The position numbers were made by a program, and so were the translations under genes. The notes under the pieces were generated by a model. It did no database searches, was not told the DNA's origin, and was given only the letters and a program-made list of their open reading frames with translations. DNA of 63,887 nucleotides, filler included, from Neoconidiobolus thromboides FSU 785 (Eukaryota > Fungi > Entomophthoromycota): NCBI GenBank assembly GCA_025603075.1. It is 6 parts of 6 records of this genome, joined end to end, with 100 filler letters (N's around TTAATTAATTAA, not from the genome) between each part and the next. Parts side by side here need not be neighbours in the genome. Positions count along the whole stretch, not along the records: positions 51,492 to 62,659 come from MU626641.1; positions 62,760 to 63,887 come from MU627036.1; 4 more parts are not named here. One strand, written 5' to 3'. This document shows, one piece after another, positions 61,561 through 63,887 of this stretch (its first letter is position 1; each line of letters begins with the position of its first letter).

Positions 61561-61947
61561 ATTTATTTGCTTAAATTTATAATAATTTTTACATAATTAA
61601 AAAAACATGAAAATAAGCTTTAGTATAAAAAATACTTAAAATAACAGTAAAAACATCTACATTTAATTGATTTGTGCCATTGATGTAACAAGGTCAATAT
61701 AAAAACTGAAAAAAATATAACAGTTATTGTTTTTAAAAAGAGTACAAAATAATCTTATTAATAAACAAATAAACTTTTTAATATTAAAAAATGAGCGTTA
61801 AATTAATAATATTTTCCAATAAAGAACTAAACCTCAGTTTTCTGTATGATAGGTAAGAATACTCATTATTATATCACTATATTACCTAAGATAACTTATT
61901 AATATAGATTTTGTTATATATATAATAATATCTAAATTAAAATATAT

Positions 61948-61975
61948 GGGGCTGTTTTTTTAGTTTCATTATTTT
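61948..61975 (+). mobile_element. MITE family 1 left terminus only
   Basis: ATAT then GGGGCTGTTTTTTTAGTTTCATTATTTT. Confidence 0.6.
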
Positions 61976-61985
61976 AATATTTCAA

Positions 61986-62126
61986 TTATATCACTAATAT
62001 CTTATCAAGTTAATAAATAGCTGGATAAGGGGAAAGTAATTAGTCAAAACTATAACAATTTTTATATAATACAGCCAATATAATTAGTAGTTTTTGCATA
62101 TTATTATAATTCTCGTTTTTGGCTAT
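61986..62126 (+). repeat. Dispersed repeat X, copy 2
   Basis: Matches 54064-54216. Confidence 0.85.
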
Positions 62127-62133
62127 TCTATTT

Positions 62134-62240
62134 GGGGTTGTCTGAATTAGTTCGATTATTTTATCCAATTTAAATATTTTGTATTTTAAAAATTTTGCTT
62201 AAAATTCTATAAAATCAAATATTTTATTAAAACAAAAGTA
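62134..62240 (+). mobile_element. Family 3 GGGG-terminated element end
   Basis: ATTT then GGGGTTGTCTGAATTAG..; inverted match to 51492-51600. Confidence 0.8.
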
Positions 62241-62317
62241 CCCGGACATAGTTCTAAATCACTCTATTATAGCTCATACTGTAAGTTGGTTGAATTTCTA
62301 CTAGATCTTAAACATAT

Positions 62318-62659
62318 GGGGCTGTCCTAATTGGTTTCAGAATCTACTTAGAAATTAATCCAAATTTAAAATTTCAAGTTTGTGTTCAATATAACGGTTA
62401 AAAAACCTAAAAAGCCTAAAATTAAATGTCTCTATTTAAAACTTATTTTAATTGTTTTCTTTTCTTAAATAGCTAATTTTCCTAACTATATATTTTATGT
62501 TAGTTCTGTTAGATATTTAACAGATATATAATATACAACTATATGATTATATAATTATATAAATACATAATTATATAAATACAGTTATTTGACTTTATTT
62601 GACTTTATTTTTGTTGAAATAAAAATAAAATGCAAACTTTCATAACTAAACTTCGAAAT
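62318..62659 (+). mobile_element. Family 2 TIR element, longer copy running into the gap; contains an ATG at 62630 (MQTFITKLRN..)
   Basis: ATAT then GGGGCTGTCCTAATTGGTTTCAG..; colinear with the reverse complement of 24350-24541 plus extra internal sequence. Confidence 0.8.
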
Positions 62660-62759
62660 NNNNNNNNNNNNNNNNNNNNNNNNNNNNNNNNNNNNNNNNN
62701 NNNTTAATTAATTAANNNNNNNNNNNNNNNNNNNNNNNNNNNNNNNNNNNNNNNNNNNN
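62660..62759. other. Artificial contig spacer
   Basis: 44 N + TTAATTAATTAA + 44 N. Confidence 0.97.
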
Positions 62760-62761
62760 AT

Positions 62762-62968
62762 GGGTATAGACTTATCTTCACAGGTGCTGTTTATCTGAAT
62801 GTAGAGAACTTTGAATACATAGACACATATACCAAATCGATCTCTATTTCTACTCTAGTCATCTATATTGTACTTACTCTCGGTTTTGGCCTATATCATC
62901 TCTATACTTATAAAAGAAAAGAGTCAATTGAAAACAATAATAATGAACCAGAAAAATCTCCATATTGA
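62762..62968 (+). CDS. 3' end of an unidentified membrane-protein gene (5' part in the gap)
   Basis: Open 68 codons GYRLIFTG..ISTLVIYIVLTLGFGLYHLY..PEKSPY*, with one hydrophobic segment followed by a basic tail. Confidence 0.4.
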   Translation, partial: GYRLIFTGAVYLNVENFEYIDTYTKSISISTLVIYIVLTLGFGLYHLYTYKRKESIENNNNEPEKSPY

Positions 62969-63007
62969 TATCGATTAACCAAGTATGTATTTTTCTAAGA
63001 CACAATT

Positions 63008-63101
63008 GGGGGTGTTTTTCTAGTTTCATCACTTTTTCCATTTCTTAGATGCTATCCAAATGAAAAAATTGTTAGTAAAATTCTTAAATAAATACATTCT
63101 C
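63008..63101 (+). mobile_element. MITE family 1 copy
   Basis: Flanks AATT/ATAT. Confidence 0.85.
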
Positions 63102-63463
63102 ATATTATTTAAGTTTTTATATATTTTAAAAATTGACCCAAATGGCTTTTTATTTGTCTAATATCACCTATGTATGTGACTTAATATTATAAAATCTTTA
63201 TATATAATGTTAGCTACAAAAAGTTTTGATGATAGCTGGGTACTCAAAATTTATGGTCTTTAAAATCCTATCTATTTTTAAACACATAACTTATATTTGA
63301 AATAATCTTATAATAGATAAATGCATCTAATTACCTTGCACCCTTTTCTCTTAACATATTTATCAAATAATATTATAAAAGGATTTAGGATTTAGGATTT
63401 AAATATAAAACATAAGGATTTGCGATATTAGATTTATATACATTAAAAATAATCCTTTTATAA

Positions 63464-63535
63464 GGCTTAGTGGTCTAGTGGTATGATTCTCGCTTTGGGT
63501 GCGAGAGGCCCTGGGTTCAATTCCCAGCTGAGCCC
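63464..63535 (+). tRNA. tRNA-Pro (anticodon TGG), 72 nt, intronless
   Basis: GGCTTAG/CTGAGCC acceptor stem, TGGTCTAGTGG A-box, CTCGC-TTTGGGT-GCGAG anticodon arm, GGTTCAATTC T-loop, followed by a T5 Pol III terminator. Confidence 0.97.
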
Positions 63536-63793
63536 ATTTTTAGAAACTTAATGTTAGTATTTTTATTATTTGGAACTTAGAATTCTTCTTTTTAGCTTTA
63601 AAGTATTATAAACGTTTGATTGATGTTTCAATTGTTTATAATAATTTGACATTCAAATTATTATACAAAAGTTATTGGTTCTTAATATTCAAGAACATCA
63701 TGGTTTAAAGAATCTTTGAATGAGATTAAAATAGTAATTGAATTTAATAAATAGACATTTTATTATAACCTTTAGTTTAGAATGTTACTATTT

Positions 63794-63887
63794 GGCAATG
63801 TGTTTTTGTGTTTAAGAATTTCACTAACAAATTTTCCACCTAAATAACGCTTAAAAAATGGAAAAAGTAATGAAATCAAAAAAAACA
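63794..63887 (-). mobile_element. MITE family 1 copy, truncated by the window end
   Basis: Core intact; left flank ATTT. Confidence 0.88.

Noticed and set aside
63381-63400. Telomere-like (GGATTTA)n repeat
   Set aside because: Under three units, internal, and not a canonical telomeric repeat.

Overview
This is very AT-rich, intron-containing eukaryotic DNA (short GT..AG introns, standard genetic code). Gene content is consistent with an early-diverging fungus such as Conidiobolus/Entomophthorales (inference). The window is six contigs joined by artificial 100-bp spacers (44 N + TTAATTAATTAA + 44 N): 1-23356, 23457-33030, 33131-38629, 38730-51391, 51492-62659 and 62760-63887. Adjacency across these spacers is not evidence of linkage. 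Intact genes: an F-box/LRR gene, a PTR2 peptide transporter, a peroxisomal (SKL) hotdog thioesterase, tyrosine aminotransferase, palmitoyl-protein thioesterase, a DUF726/TMCO4 protein, a DUF952 protein, a coilin homologue, an OSCA/TMEM63 channel, RNA Pol I subunit A49, two divergent homeobox genes, a secreted class-3 lipase and tRNA-Pro(TGG). The thioesterase, PPT1 and coilin genes are essentially invisible in the ORF track and were assembled by hand across introns. Partial or broken genes: two F-box pseudogenes, an inverted OSCA pseudogene, a frameshifted S28 peptidase, a multicopper-oxidase pseudogene plus a separate MCO N-terminus, and an opsin-like class-A GPCR cut by a gap. The dominant unexplained structure is a ~95-99-bp, hairpin-like, GGGG...CCCC-terminated MITE with about 36 copies. 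It has 4-bp target-site duplications, mostly AWWT, which is a Sola-like signature. Three copies sit inside coding sequences whose frame is restored by excision, and longer related GGGG-terminated elements point towards an autonomous partner hidden in the gaps.
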